A model generated the notes under the pieces. It was not told the origin of the DNA, ran no database searches, and saw nothing but the letters and a program-made list of their open reading frames with translations. A DNA stretch of 64,000 nt from Octopus sinensis. Lineage: Eukaryota. The stretch lies in assembly GCF_006345805.1 (NCBI RefSeq), contig NC_043009.1:43338001-43402000 (forward strand), in the 5' to 3' direction. Both the position numbers and the translations under genes were made by a program. This document shows positions 14,843-28,244 of this stretch, piece by piece (the stretch's first letter is position 1; the number at the start of each line of letters is the position of its first letter).

Positions 14843-15066
14843 TTCTTTTATTCTTTTATTCTTTCGCTTGTTTCAGTCATTTGACTGCAGCCATGCTGGA
14901 TCACCGCCGTGAAGGGTTTTAGTCGAAGAAATCGACCCCAGGACTTATTCTTTGTAAGCGAAGCACTTATTCTATTGCTCTCTTTTGCTGAACCACTAAG
15001 GTACGGGTACATAAACACACCAACATCGGTTGTCAAGCAATGGTGGGAGGACAAGCAGAGACACAA

Positions 15067-15099
<33 letters not shown>

Positions 15100-15568
15100 A
15101 TATATATATATATAATATAAATGATATATAAATATATGCATATATACATACATATATGTACATACCTACATATATATGTATATATAGATGCATATATGGC
15201 TACAAGACATCAAAAAAACGTTGAAGACAATGAGAAACGAAAACATTAAAACAAAAACATAGAAAAGAACTTCTTTTTTTCAAACAACGAAAAAATAGAG
15301 AAACAAGATATACAACACAAGGAATATTCCCCTTCTTCAGTTGTCCCTACTCCACGTATCTTTATATATATATATATATATGCATGCATATGTGTGTGCG
15401 TGTGTGTGTGTGTGTGTGTGACGGGCTTCTTTCACTTTCTGTCTACCACTCACAAGGGTTTGGTCAGCCTGAGGCTATAGTAGAACACACTTGCCCAAGG
15501 TGCCACACCATGGGATTGAACTCAGAACCATGTGGCTGGAAAGCAAACTTCTTTTCACACAGCCATGC
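14843..15568 (-). mobile_element. SINE family B with expanded or interrupted central microsatellite
   Basis: 3' half at 14843-15070 and 5' half at ~15400-15568, separated by TA repeats and ~160 bp of foreign sequence. Confidence 0.85.
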
Positions 15569-15907
15569 ATATTGTATTGTTATGACAGCGCTGGTGTTTA
15601 TATGTGTTGTTGTTGTTGTTTAACCCCTGTCCTCTCCTGATCCGGCATACCTGTGATCAGAATTTTCAAGCCATCGTAATAGTGTTTTGTGCATTTGCTT
15701 TTTGTTTTGTTTGTTTGGTTTTTTGTGAGGGTTTTTTCCAAGCATATTTTGTATGAAGTTCTGTTGCTGTGCATCTCTTGGTTTTAAAAAGGATACTTAA
15801 TGTCCCTGGAGTGTCTGTGCCCTGTATGAGATTACTTAAATAGGGGTGGCCACATGAAAGGTGTCTGACTATAGGCAGAGAAGTGGCCATGTAGTAAGAA
15901 GGTTGTA

Positions 15908-16071
15908 GTAAGGCGGCGAGCTGGCAGAAACGTTAGCACGCCGGGCAAAATGCCTAGCAGTATTTTGTCTGCCGTTATGTTAGATAGATAGATAGTCTGC
16001 CGATAGATATATAGATATATAGGTAGATTGATCAATAGATAGATATAGACAGACAGACAGATATATAGAAG

Positions 16072-16144
<73 letters not shown>

Positions 16145-16368
16145 AAGGCAGCAAGCTGGTAGTATCCCGGGCAAAATACTTAGCGGTATTTCATCAGCCG
16201 CTATGTTCTGGGTTCAAATTCTGTCAAGGTCGACTTTGCCTTTCATCCTTTTAGGGTCGATAAATTAAGTACCAGTTACACACTGGGGTCAATGTAATCG
16301 ACTTAATTCGTTTGTCTGTCCTTGTGTGTCCCCTCTATGTTTAGCCCCTTTTGAGCAATAAAGAAATA
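15908..16368 (+). mobile_element. Chimeric SINE A (head, AGAT array, second SINE A) nested in a SINE B head
   Basis: Head at 15908-15979, AGAT array to ~16143, second SINE A at 16144-16368. The SINE B head resumes at taagaagcttgcttccc. Confidence 0.8.
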
Positions 16369-16730
16369 AGAAGCTTGCTTCCCAATGACATGGCTCCAGG
16401 TTCAGTCCAACTGAGTGATGCTTTGGGTAAATGTCTTCTATTATAGCCTTGGGACAATGAAAGCCCTGTGAGTGGGTTTGATAGACTGAAACTGAAAGAA
16501 GCCTGTCATATGTGTGTGTGTGTATGTGTGTGTTTGTTCTCCCATCACCACTTGACAACCAGTGTTGGTGTGTTTACATCCCTGTAACTTATCAGTTTGG
16601 CAAAAATGACTGACAGAATAAGTGCCAGGCTTAAAAAATAAGTACTGGTGTCGATTCATTCGACTAAAATTCCAAGACAGTGCTCCAGCATAACATTAGT
16701 CTAACGACTGAAACAAGTAAAAGATAAAAG
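16367..16730 (+). mobile_element. SINE family B (remainder)
   Basis: aagcttgcttccc...gactgaaacaagtaaaagataaaag. Confidence 0.85.
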
Positions 16731-16919
16731 ATATATATGAAAAAAAAAAGAAAACAAGTCTTCTGAAAAACCACTCTGGCATTGTGGATCAAATGTAAGG
16801 TGTTGTTGCTGTTGTTGTTGTGTTGCTGTTGCTGATGGCAATAATTGTATGCAGAGGAAAGCTTTGAGGAACTGTGCAAACTGGTAAAAATAACAGCAGC
16901 CAAATGTTCCTCAAATTAT

Positions 16920-17385
16920 ACTGTCATCATCATCATCATCATCATCGTCGTTGTCGTTGTCATTGTCATCATCGTCATCATCATCACCATCGTCATCATA
17001 TTCGTCATCGTCGTCATCAACATCATCATCATCATTTTCATCATTGCCGTTGTCATTGCCATTCGTCATTGTTGCCACCATCATTGTAATTGCATACATC
17101 ATCATCGTCATCATCATCATCATCATCATCATAATCATCATCATCATCATCATCAGCATCATTGTCATCATCAGCATTGTCATCACTGTCGCTGTCATCG
17201 TCATCGTCATCATCATCATCATCATCATCATTATCTTCATCATTATCATTATTGCCATCATTGTCATCATTATTATCTTCATGCTTGTAATTATCATCGT
17301 CATCATCAACATTGCCAGCATTGTTGCTGTCATCATCATCATCATCATCACCATCATGTTCATCATGATCATCATGATCATCATG

Positions 17386-17447
<62 letters not shown>

Positions 17448-19090
17448 CATCATCACCATCATTGTCATCATCATTGTCATCATCAACATTGTCCTTATTG
17501 TTGATGTCATCATCATCATCGTCATCATCATCATTATCTTCATCATTATCATTATCGCCATCATAATCATCACCGTCATTGTAATCATCATCATCAGCAG
17601 CAGCAACAGCAACAGCACTAGTAGCAGTAGCAGTAGTGGCAGTAGCAGCAACAAGTCATGGGAGCATTACCCTCACAATATTCAGTTCAGGGTTTAGTGT
17701 AGAGGGAGACAGCTTGTGTTATTTCCCTAATTGGAAAGGGGTGCTCCTGCTGACAATGAGGGATAAAGTATTGTGTTGGAGAGAGAGAGAGAAAGGAGGG
17801 TTGTTATAGTAATAATAAGAAGGGGTAGAGGGGTGGTTCTAGCTGGTGAGGGTGGTGGTAGTTGTGGTAGGGATGGTGATGATTATGGTGATGGAAAAAC
17901 AGTATAAAAATGATGACAAAGGTGGTGGTAGTGGTGGTGGTGCTGCTGGTAAAAGTGTGATAGTAATGATGATGATGATAACAATGATGATGATAATGAT
18001 GATGATGAGAAGGAGGGGGACGGCGACGACGACGACGACGACCACCACCACCACCGCGATAATGATAGTGGTGGTGACAAAGATGATGTTAATGATGATG
18101 CTGATGATGATGATGATGACAATGGTGATAATGATGATGATGACGTTGATGATAGTGATGACAATGATGGTGGTGAGGGTGATGATGATGGTGGTGAGGG
18201 TAATGATGATGATGATGATTGATGATGATGATGATGATGATGACAATGGTGGTGGTGGTGGTGGTGGTGGTGGTGTGGTGGTGGTGGTGGTGGTGGTGGT
18301 GATAACAATGGTGTTGATGATGATGATGATGATGATGATGAAGAGGAAGGTGAAGGCAGTAATGATGACAACAATTCCAAATGATGTCACCACCACCCCT
18401 ACCATGACCCTGTCCCATCCCATCTCATCTCTACCAGTTCCTGTTGCTCTGGTACTCACCACTGCTTGAACAAAAACCTACCCACCCCTGCCACCACTAT
18501 CACCACCACCACCACTACCATCATCATTATCATCACCATCATCATCATGCTAAACATATCAACCCCACTACCACCACCACTACCTCTGCCGCTGCCTCCG
18601 CCACCACCCTCTCATGCATCTGCTGGATTAGGTTTGACCTGGAGTTTACACAACAACAATCTGCATCAGTGCATCACCATCAGCAGCAGCAGCAGCAGTG
18701 CCACTGTACTACCACCGCCACTACCACCCATCACCACCACCACTATCACCACCACCACCACTAAAAGCATCATACCCATCACCATTCTGACAATTCCACT
18801 ACTCCGAACAAGATCATCATTACCACTTTCTCCTCCACCAGCTCCGCAAGCATCACAACTACAACCACCACCACAACCACCACAAACCACTACCAGCACC
18901 ACCACCACCACCAACAGCAACAACAACAATACTGTTACCACTACCACTACTACTACCACCATCACTACAATTTTGTCTCCTCTACCAAAACATTCAAACA
19001 TAACCATTACCATCTTCAACAAAACCACCACCACCACCACCATCACATCCACCACCACCCCTCTCCACCACCGCCACCCCCACCGCCCTT
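16920..19090. repeat. Degenerate trinucleotide arrays: (ATC)n, (ATG/GTG)n, (ACC)n
   Basis: Direct inspection; source of the polyH/S/I/M/T ORFs. Confidence 0.93.
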
Positions 19091-19400
19091 CCAGTCAGTG
19101 CCATTGAAGACAACCATTGTCATCAGGGCACCCATTCAACAAAGATCTGTCTGACTGTTTGTCTGCTAGACTAAATGAACTTGGATTCCTTGGATTGAGT
19201 CACCGATGGTGGTGGGATGAGGTGTGTGTGTGTGTGAGTGTGTAAGAGAGAGGGAGTGGGGGAGAAGGAGGGAGAGAGAAGAAGGGGAGTGGAAGGACGG
19301 ATAGATGGATTGATAGAGAGGTAAATAGATAGATGGATACAGACAGACAGACAAATAGATAAAGGCAGACTAATAGCTAGCTAGACAGGCAACAAATAGG

Positions 19401-19441
<41 letters not shown>

Positions 19442-19480
19442 TGATAGGCATAGAGAATGACAGACTGACAGACAGACAGG

Positions 19481-19542
<62 letters not shown>

Positions 19543-19630
19543 CAAAGGTAGATTGATCAATAGATAGATATAGACAGACAGACAGATATATAGAAGGATA
19601 GATAGATAGATAAATAGATAGATAGATAAA

Positions 19631-19856
19631 TAAAAGGCAGAGAGCTGGTAGCATGCTGGGCAAAATGCTTAGCGATATTTCGTCTGCCGTTATGTTCTGG
19701 GTTCAAATTCCGCCAAGGTCGTCTGTGCCTTTCATCCTTTTGGGGTCGATTAAATAAGTACCAGTTACACACAGGGGTCGATATAATCGACTTAATCCGT
19801 TTGTCTGTCCCTGTTTGTCCCCTCTGTGTGTAGCCCCTTGTGGGCAGTAAAGAAAT

Positions 19857-19858
<2 letters not shown>
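19631..19858 (+). mobile_element. SINE family A1 within AGAT arrays
   Basis: Family A core and A1 tail; same head deletion as the 16144 copy. Confidence 0.9.
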
Positions 19859-19930
<72 letters not shown>

Positions 19931-20729
19931 TAGATAGATAGGAAGTAAGAGATAGGGTGTAAGAGAGTCATAGTAGTAATTATTGTTATTTAGCCCCGGG
20001 TCAACGTCCTATGATCAAAGTGTTGGTGATGTTGATTATGGTGAATGTGGCAGTGGAGTGGGAGAATAAGAAGATTGGAGGAGGAGACACATGGAAAGAA
20101 AGTGAGGAGGAGAAAGGGAGGGAGAGGAAAGGAGAGAGAAAAAAGAGTAACTTGGAGAATAAGGGTCTTAGCTAAAAAAAAAGGAGAGACAGACAGATGG
20201 TGAGGGAGGAAGTGGGGTAGAGAGAGGGATTTAGGGAAGTGTATGTATATGACAAAGAGATAGGAAATAAAGAAAGAGACAAGCAAACAATGACTGAGAG
20301 AAAAGAAACAATAAGAGAAAGGAGAAAAGAAAGAAAGAAGAGTGTTGACTCGGTGGGGGGAGTGTGATTGTTCTGATGGTAGCAGGAGAAGAGAGGTAGG
20401 GGCTGGAAAAAGGGTGATATGTATTATGGGTAGGGACAGCATTGTGTAGGGGGGTTGGAGGAGGGGGACAAGCGGCAGAGAGGGGGAAGTCTTTGAAAAT
20501 GCTGAAGACTTGTTGACATGGATTCATCTTTTTGCATTCTTTACAATGGTGACACACAATTCAGCATCCGACCATCCATCTCTTCTGCATTCCTGCACCC
20601 CATTCATCATTCACAACCACCCCCACCATCCCTCCTCCTTCTCCTCCTCCTCCTCCTCCTCCTCCTATAGCAACAACTGCTACTACTGTTGATAACAATG
20701 ATAATGAAGACGGTAACGATGATGATGAC

Positions 20730-20760
<31 letters not shown>

Positions 20761-21079
20761 TTGATGATGATGATGATGATGTTGATGATGATGATGTTGA
20801 TGATGATGATGATGATGTTGATGATGATGATGATGTTGATGATGATGATGATGATGTTGATGATGATGATGATGTTGATGATGATGATGATGATGGTGAT
20901 GGTGGTGGTGGTGGTGGTGGTGGTGGTGGTGGTGGTGGTGGCGATGATGATGATGGTGATGATGATGGTGATGATAATGGTACACACGTCTTCCCTTCTC
21001 ACATCATCACTCGCAAAAACACTCATGCACAATCACAAACTGTACATACATATATAAACACATCAGTATGTATATAATG

Positions 21080-21133
<54 letters not shown>

Positions 21134-21923
21134 TACACACACACACACATGTATAAAGACATATAAATATACATATATATATATGCATATTTATATATCC
21201 ATGTATAAATGTGTGTGTGTGTGTGTGTTATCATAATTATGCATATATTGTCATACAAACTGTACATTCATGTAGGGCTTGGCTTGCAATCCCTTACCAC
21301 AGGTTTCATAAAGTCCCTTATGTTGGCATGGTGACAGTATACATCAGTGAAGCAGCTTCTACAATCACCATGGTAACAGATGAAACTTTTCGGAAGAAAT
21401 AATTGAATGTTATACCTAAGAGTATGAAGTAAACAGATCCCAAGACCAAGTATTTGGTAATATGGCGGCAGTGCAAGGAGAAAATAAAGATTATTAAAAC
21501 AAATGAATTCACTGTTAAAATGTATGAGCCAGTATAAATGAATGCACTTCTATGTGGCTGTCTGACTTGCTAGAAATTGGAGTGAAACATCATGCATTGA
21601 ACAATGTAGTTGTTGGCCAGAAGAAAATTACAAGGCTGGAACATTTTTGATCATAAGTCTCACAAACAGAGCTGACTTGGGGTTAAACAACAACAGATAA
21701 GATGTTAATATGATTAAGACTGATTTTGTACATAGGTACAAAATAGAGGGATTGCAGCAAAGGGCTAAGGGCAAGTGTGAAGGTATCCAAAATTTCTTTG
21801 GGTTTATCATATCTGTTATTTTTGGAGAGGGTTACCAAAAGTGTCTTTGACCCCTAGGCACTGGAAACCCTTGCAATGACACTGATGCATGTTCTCAAAT
21901 TTGTGTAACAAGAACAGTGAGTT

Positions 21924-21959
<36 letters not shown>

Positions 21960-22019
21960 GACATTATCGTCATTATTGTTATCATCACCATCATCATCAC
22001 CATCATCATCATCATCTTC

Positions 22020-22115
22020 ATCTTCATCATCGTTTAACATCCGGTCTCCATGTTGGCATAGGTTGGACGGCTTGACATGGAGCTGGCTAGCTGGGAGCTG
22101 TGCAGACTCTGCATA
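22020..22115 (-). mobile_element. Family C fragment
   Basis: catcatcgtttaacatccggtctccatgttggcataggttggacgg. Confidence 0.75.
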
Positions 22116-22139
22116 AATACTGTGGTGTTACCTACATTA

Positions 22140-22430
22140 TCATCATCATCATCATCATCAACCATCATCCTCGTCATTAATCTAATCATTATCATTGTCG
22201 CCATCATCATCATTGTCATCATCAACATCATTATCATCTATCATTATCATCATCTCCATCCTCCTTGCATCACCCTCCTCCTCCTCCTCATCCTCCTCAT
22301 CATCATCATCATCATCATCCTCGTCATCATCATCAATGCTGTCATCATTGTTGTCATCATTGTCATCATCAACATCATTATCAACTACCATTATCATCAT
22401 CTCCATCCTCCTTGTATCACCCTCCTCCTC

Positions 22431-22477
<47 letters not shown>

Positions 22478-22590
22478 TATCGTCATCATCGTCATTATTA
22501 TCATCATCATCATCATTGACATCCTCATCATCATCGTCATTGTTGTCATCATTGTTGTCATCATCATCATCATCATCAATCATTATGATT

Positions 22591-22621
<31 letters not shown>

Positions 22622-23105
22622 TCATCATCATCACCTTTAAATGTCCGTCTTCTGTGTTTACATGAACTGGACCACATGAATGCTAAACATGTAATGCATT
22701 CCTAAGATCCATAAATGAAGGTAAATTACAAATGATTTATTAAGATAATAATTATGAAGGTATTGTACACAGTGCTCGGATTTACTGCAACTCATCAGAA
22801 AAAGGGTCACAGAGAACAAAAAGGGACAATACGTTAAGTAAAGAAAGACAGGACAAAACATAAGACAGAAGAGTAAACTGTGAAAGGATGATGTCAAGAG
22901 GTACAATTTCCCTAAAACAGGAAGATGATAATGATGATGATGATGATGAGGAGGAGGAGGAGGAGGAGGGCGATGCAAGGAGGATGGAGATGATGATAAT
23001 GATAGATGATAATGATGTTGATGATGACAATGATGATGGCGACAATGATAATGATTAGATTAATGACAAGGATGATGGATGATGATGATGATGGTGATGA
23101 TGATG
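22140..23105. repeat. Inverted duplication (arms ~22160-22290 and ~22950-23080)
   Basis: About 125 bp of interrupted ATC-rich sequence, differing by two substitutions and one 3 bp indel. Confidence 0.9.
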
Positions 23106-23126
23106 ATAAAAAGGACAAAAGCTATA

Positions 23127-23180
<54 letters not shown>

Positions 23181-23460
23181 TCTCTCTCTCTCTCCTTCCT
23201 TCTCTTTCTCATGTACCTTCAAAACTGAAGATATGGTTAAAGCACAGGCTGAAATTGTTTGGTGTATCTCTGACCATACATAGGTGTTGCAGTACATGGG
23301 TTAAAATCCTACAAGAGTGACATTAAGAAACAGTACACATGATGCTGATCTGCAACTAGTTGCCATTTCTGCATCACTGTAAGGGTGATTGATCAAAGCA
23401 GAGCTAATGGAAGAGGACATAGACATAGTATCAGGGTATCAGGGAGTTTAAAATGGATTT

Positions 23461-24373
23461 ACAAGGTGGAAGCAAAAGGTTACTGGACTAGTTAGGTTTA
23501 ATAAAAAATAACTTATTTTCCTAAATTTTAACATCATCTCCTTCAAAATAGTTACCTTGCACACCACAACACTGGTTCCAGTGTTCCTGCCACTTTTCGA
23601 AGCTGGCCTGGAAGTTGTTTTCTGCAAGGGGGTCGAGGACCTTCTGCAATTTGCTTTTGATCTCAACAATAGTGTTAAAACAGCAATTTCTGTGCTGCAT
23701 TTTCATCATATTTCTTTATTGCCACAAGGGGCTAAACATAGACAAACATAGACAAACAAGGACAGACAAAGGGATTAAGTCGATTAAGACTGGTGCGTAA
23801 CTGGCACTTAATTTATCGACCCTGAAAGGATGAAAAGTCAACCTCAGCGGAATTTGAACTCAGAACTTAACGGCAGACGAAATACCACTAAGCATTTAGC
23901 CCGAGATGCTAACGTTTCTGCCAGCTCGCCACCAGCTCACTGCATTTTCATCTTGGGGAAGACATGGAAATATGCAGGTGCTAAATCTGGCAAACAGAGT
24001 GGGTGCAGGAACAATATCATTTTGTTTTTGGTGAGAAACTCACCAAATTTGCTCATCTATTTTTGATACTCGGCTTAAAGATATTTCCTTTACTGTCCTA
24101 GAATTTTGGTTGGTGCTGCTCTGGAAAATACAGTTTACTGCACCTTTTGCTGTAGCTCTGTTGATTGTTGCCATTACTTACCATTTCCCTGATGTATTTT
24201 TTACCTATCTTCTAAGTTCTTCTGGGTATTCAGATTTATAGAACATTTGGCAAAACTGACTGGATCAGTGGTGCAAGAAGTATTGGATACTTCATGATGA
24301 CAATGCACCTTGTGACCGTGCTCTCATCACTCGTGATATCTTTAAGCCAAGTATCAAAAATAGATGAGCAAAT
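23461..24373 (-). pseudogene. Mariner (DD34D) transposase fossil, interrupted by a SINE and partly inverted
   Basis: Minus strand: EFLTKNKM...HPLCLPDLAPAYFHVFPKMKMQ / FNTIVEIKSKLQKVLD...FEKWQEHWNQC...YFEGD. Plus strand: WILHDDNAPCDRALITR. TIR-like tacaaggtggaagcaaaagg at 23461. Confidence 0.88.
23708..23939 (-). mobile_element. SINE family A1 inserted in the mariner, 13 bp TSD
   Basis: TSD ctgcattttcatc at 23695-23707 and 23940-23952. Confidence 0.92.
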
Positions 24374-24419
24374 ACTTTGTCCCTTGACAGTACCAGCCTG
24401 TAGCTCCATCGTGATGAGA

Positions 24420-24830
24420 AAGAAATAATTACAGATAAAAATTCCCAAATGTTCAAAGAGAATAAAAAGAGGAAAAAGTCATTGAACATGAAGACACAAC
24501 ACGAAACAATTAATACAAGTGAGCAAGAATTTGTTGCAAATGACAACAAAATTCCTTCTTGGGAAAATAACAAGAGAAATGAAGAGACTGAAAAGGAACT
24601 TCAAATATCAGACAAATTGTAAATAACAAAAACTATGCATCCCTAGTGCCAATGCCTTTTTCAAAAAAGTTAATATAAACAACATGCCAATGACAAAGTA
24701 CTTGTAAAATTAAAAACTAGGATTTTACATTGAGCTTAACAGAGATTACCCTCAAGATGTTAGTGACATCAAATGTCTAAAAAAATGCTGAGTGGTACAT
24801 TCGATTGCACTCAGTGTAAGAAATGTTTCA
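24420..24830 (+). mobile_element. Unclassified decayed dispersed repeat (family G)
   Basis: aaaactatgcatccctagtgcca...aatataaacaacat...gtaaaattaaaa...taccctcaag aligns with 48790-49080 (+) and 54655-55100 (-). Confidence 0.6.
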
Positions 24831-25031
24831 GTGAACAGGGTCATGGAATGCACTTATTCTACGTAGCCAGTTAATCTCTCAATCGTTTTTTTGCCTTTCA
24901 TTATTTTTTGTGTAAATTATTGTTTTATTGTATTTTTTATCTATTTCTGTGCAAGTATGAGCATGCATGTATGTATGTAAATGTTTGAGTGTCTGGAGAG
25001 AGAGAGAGAGATTTATATAGATAGATAGATT

Positions 25032-25085
<54 letters not shown>

Positions 25086-25824
25086 AAAGAGAGTAATGTC
25101 TTTAAAATTCTTAATATATTCTCCCTGTTTTTTTAAACAGTTCCTCATACTCCATATCTTTTATTATGTAACTCCTAGTGAAGGTTTTGTATTTTTCCTA
25201 TTTCTTCAAACCTTTGTAGTTAAAAAAGAAATGACTCTTATTCGACATGCTGTCAGAAACATTAGGACATCAATAAAGATATTTTGCAGCATTAATTTCA
25301 GCACTTTACATTCTCAGTTCAAATTGTGCCACCGTCAGCTTTGCCTTTCATCCCTCAGTTCGCAATAAAATACAGTACCAGTAAAATACTAGGGTATTTA
25401 TTAATCCCCTTTCCTCAAAACTACTGGCTGAAGATCGGCAATTTTGTGGACGAGGGAATTAGCAAAATTATAAAAGTGTCAGAAAAAATGCTTTGTGACA
25501 TTTGTTCTGACTCTTTACATACTGAGTTCAAATCCTGCTGAGTCCAACTTTCCATTTATCATTTTGGGGTAGATGAAATAAAGCACCAGTCAAATACTAA
25601 AATTAGTACTTGACTCGTCCTTTATTTCATCAACCCTAAAATTTCTGGCTTTTGTTGCTTAGTGTGCTAGAAAAATGCTTTGCCATATTTTTTCCATTCC
25701 TTTATGTTATGAGTTCAAATTCCATTGAGCTCAACCTTATCTTTTATCCTCTTGGGTTCACTACATTAAAGACACAAGAATCAGTGGTATTGGTTAACTA
25801 GACCCTAAAAATTGTTGGTAAGAC

Positions 25825-26043
25825 TGGCTGTGTGGTAAGAAGCTTGCTTCCCAACCACATGGTTCCAGGTTCAGTCCCACTGTGTAGCACCTTGGGCAAG
25901 TGTCTTCTACTATAGCCTCAGGCCAACCAAAGACTTGTGATTGGATTTTGGTAGACAGAAACTGAAAGAAGTTCATTATATATATGTGTGTGCATGTGTG
26001 TGTGTATGTGTGTATTTGTGTGTGTGTCTGTGTTTGTCCCTAC
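25825..26043 (+). mobile_element. SINE family B, 5' half
   Basis: Head and central repeat; truncated by the adjacent RT fragment. Confidence 0.85.
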
Positions 26044-26044
26044 C

Positions 26045-26625
26045 ATGTACTATCTGTAGCAATGTTTCCAGTTGTTTATCATTTGTAGCATACAGTTTTA
26101 GATCATCAGCATACAGTTTTAGATACAAGAGATGGCTGATTGTTTTGCCGCAACGGTTGTATCCACATCCAGTTCTGTTTAGCATGTCAGATAAAGGTGT
26201 CAGCACTAAGCAGAAAAGGAGTGGAGAGAGCGTGTCTCCCTGGAACATTCCTCTTAGAATGGAGGAGGGCTTTGGTTTTTATGAGTCCCTCTTTTGTCTG
26301 GAGCTGTAGCACTGTCTGCCATTTGTTCATGGAATGTTTTATATATTTTATGATTATTGTTGCATGATAATGATTATTGTTCATGGCTAGTGTTTCTAGG
26401 ATCCATGTGTGGGGAAGGCTATCGAAGGCCTTTCAGTAATTGATCCATGCCTTATTTAGACCCTTCTTCTTTCTGCAGCTGTCTTCAGTTATAGCTTTAT
26501 TGATCAGTAGCTGATCTTCACAGCCATATGAGCCCTTGCAGCATCCCTTCTGCTCTTCTGGAAACTGGTTGTTTTCTTCCAGTTGTTTGCTCATTCTCTG
26601 CAACATTATAGCAGAAAAGGCTTAG
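26045..26625 (-). pseudogene. R4/Dong-like reverse transcriptase fragment
   Basis: EEQKGCCKGSYGCEDQLLINK...AWINY*KAFDSLPHTWI...FQGDTLSPLLFCL...YADDLKLY. Confidence 0.9.
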
Positions 26626-26647
26626 TAAATTATTATTATCATTATTA

Positions 26648-26694
<47 letters not shown>

Positions 26695-26745
26695 ATTATT
26701 ATTGTTATTATATTGTAGTTGTTGTTGTTGTTCTTATTATCATTA

Positions 26746-26940
26746 TAAAGGCAGTCAGCTGGCAGAATTGTTAGCAAAATGCTTAGCAGTATTCTGCCTG
26801 TCGCTATCTTCTGAGTTCAAATTCCATGCCTTTCATCCTTTCAGGGTCAATATATTAAGTACCAGTGAAACACTGAGGTTGATGTAATCGGTTATCCCTC
26901 TCACCCCATATTTCCGGCCTTGTGCTTTTACTAGAAAGGA
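26746..26940 (+). mobile_element. SINE family A2 with (ATT)n tail
   Basis: Family A core and ccttgtgcttttactagaaaggattatt tail. Confidence 0.85.
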
Positions 26941-26984
26941 TTATTATAATTATGAATATTATTATTATGATTATTATTATTATT

Positions 26985-27685
26985 CAGTAGTTTTATTTTT
27001 ATAGCGTGCTTTCACTTCACTACACGAGTGCAGCTTGTGTGCCTTGGGTATGTGCTGTGATTTGTTGTGATACTCTGATGGTTATTGTATGGAAAGTGTT
27101 CTGCGTTAGGATGTGTGCAGTGCCTAGTAGTGCAATTTTCTGTATGTTATACGTGTTTGTAAGTCCTAGTGTTTGTGTTATGTATTTATCTGAATATTTT
27201 TTTTATCATGCCTAATGCACCTACTATGATAGGAATTGTTTCTGTTTTCAGATTCCACATTCTAGTTACCTCTATTTCCTGGTCTTTGTATTTTGAGAGT
27301 TTCTCCATTTCTTTTAGAGACATGTTGTCATCAGCCGGTATTGATACATCAATTAGAAAGCATTTTTTTTCTTCATGATCTCTGACAACTATATCTGGTC
27401 TGTTGGCCCTTAATTTTCTCTGTCTGTGTGTATCGGCATATCCCAGAGTATGGTTGCTTTCTCGTTTTCTGTGACCTTTTCTGGTGTGTGCCTATACCAT
27501 CTTTTTTTCTGTTGTTATTCCATAATGTTGGCATAGCTTCCAATGTATGTAGGTTCCAACTCTGTCATGTCTGTGAATATATTCCTTCTTAGCCAGGACT
27601 GGGCAGCTAGAGATAATATGATTTATTGTTTCTTGTCCATCTCCACATATTCTGTCCATCTCCCATATTGTCCATCTCCACATAT
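26985..27685 (-). pseudogene. R4/Dong-like 3' end: CCHC knuckle, restriction-like endonuclease and 3' UTR, inside (AAT)n
   Basis: RICGDGQETINHIISSC...HRHDRV...RPDIVVRD...LIDVSIPADD...EKLSKYKD...IQKIALLGTAHIL; 3' UTR ends aaaactactg-aataataat. Confidence 0.93.
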
Positions 27686-27822
27686 TATTATTATTATTGT
27701 TATCATTATTATTATTATTTTATTATTATTTATTATTATTATTATTATTATCATCATTATTATCATTATTATTATTTTATTTTTTATTATTATATTATAT
27801 TATTATTATTGTTATTATCATG

Positions 27823-27871
<49 letters not shown>

Positions 27872-27899
27872 GTTATTATCATTATTATTATTATTATTA

Positions 27900-27940
<41 letters not shown>

Positions 27941-27941
<1 letters not shown>

Positions 27942-28119
27942 CAGCAAGCTAGAGGTATTTCGCCCATCTTTACATTCTGATTTCAATTTTTACCCAAGTC
28001 AAATTTGCCTTTATTTCCTTTCAGGGTCAATGAATTAAGTACCAGTTATGCACTGGGATCGATGTAATTGACTTACCCCCTCCCCAAAATTTTAGGCCTT
28101 GTGCCTAAAGTAGAAAGGA

Positions 28120-28120
<1 letters not shown>
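27941..28120 (+). mobile_element. SINE family A2, degenerate
   Basis: Core and A2 tail followed by (ATT)n. Confidence 0.8.
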
Positions 28121-28180
<60 letters not shown>

Positions 28181-28201
28181 TACTATTACTATTATTATTA
28201 C

Positions 28202-28244
<43 letters not shown>

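Noticed and set aside
16845-19107. ORFs over 200 aa rich in His, Ser, Ile, Met or Thr
   Set aside because: Open in several frames on both strands over trinucleotide arrays; no domain and no splice context.
21290-21377. Possible minus-strand exon FICYHGDCRSCFTDVYCHHANIRDFMKPV between ag and gtaagg
   Set aside because: Short, unrecognised peptide; expected by chance in 64 kb.
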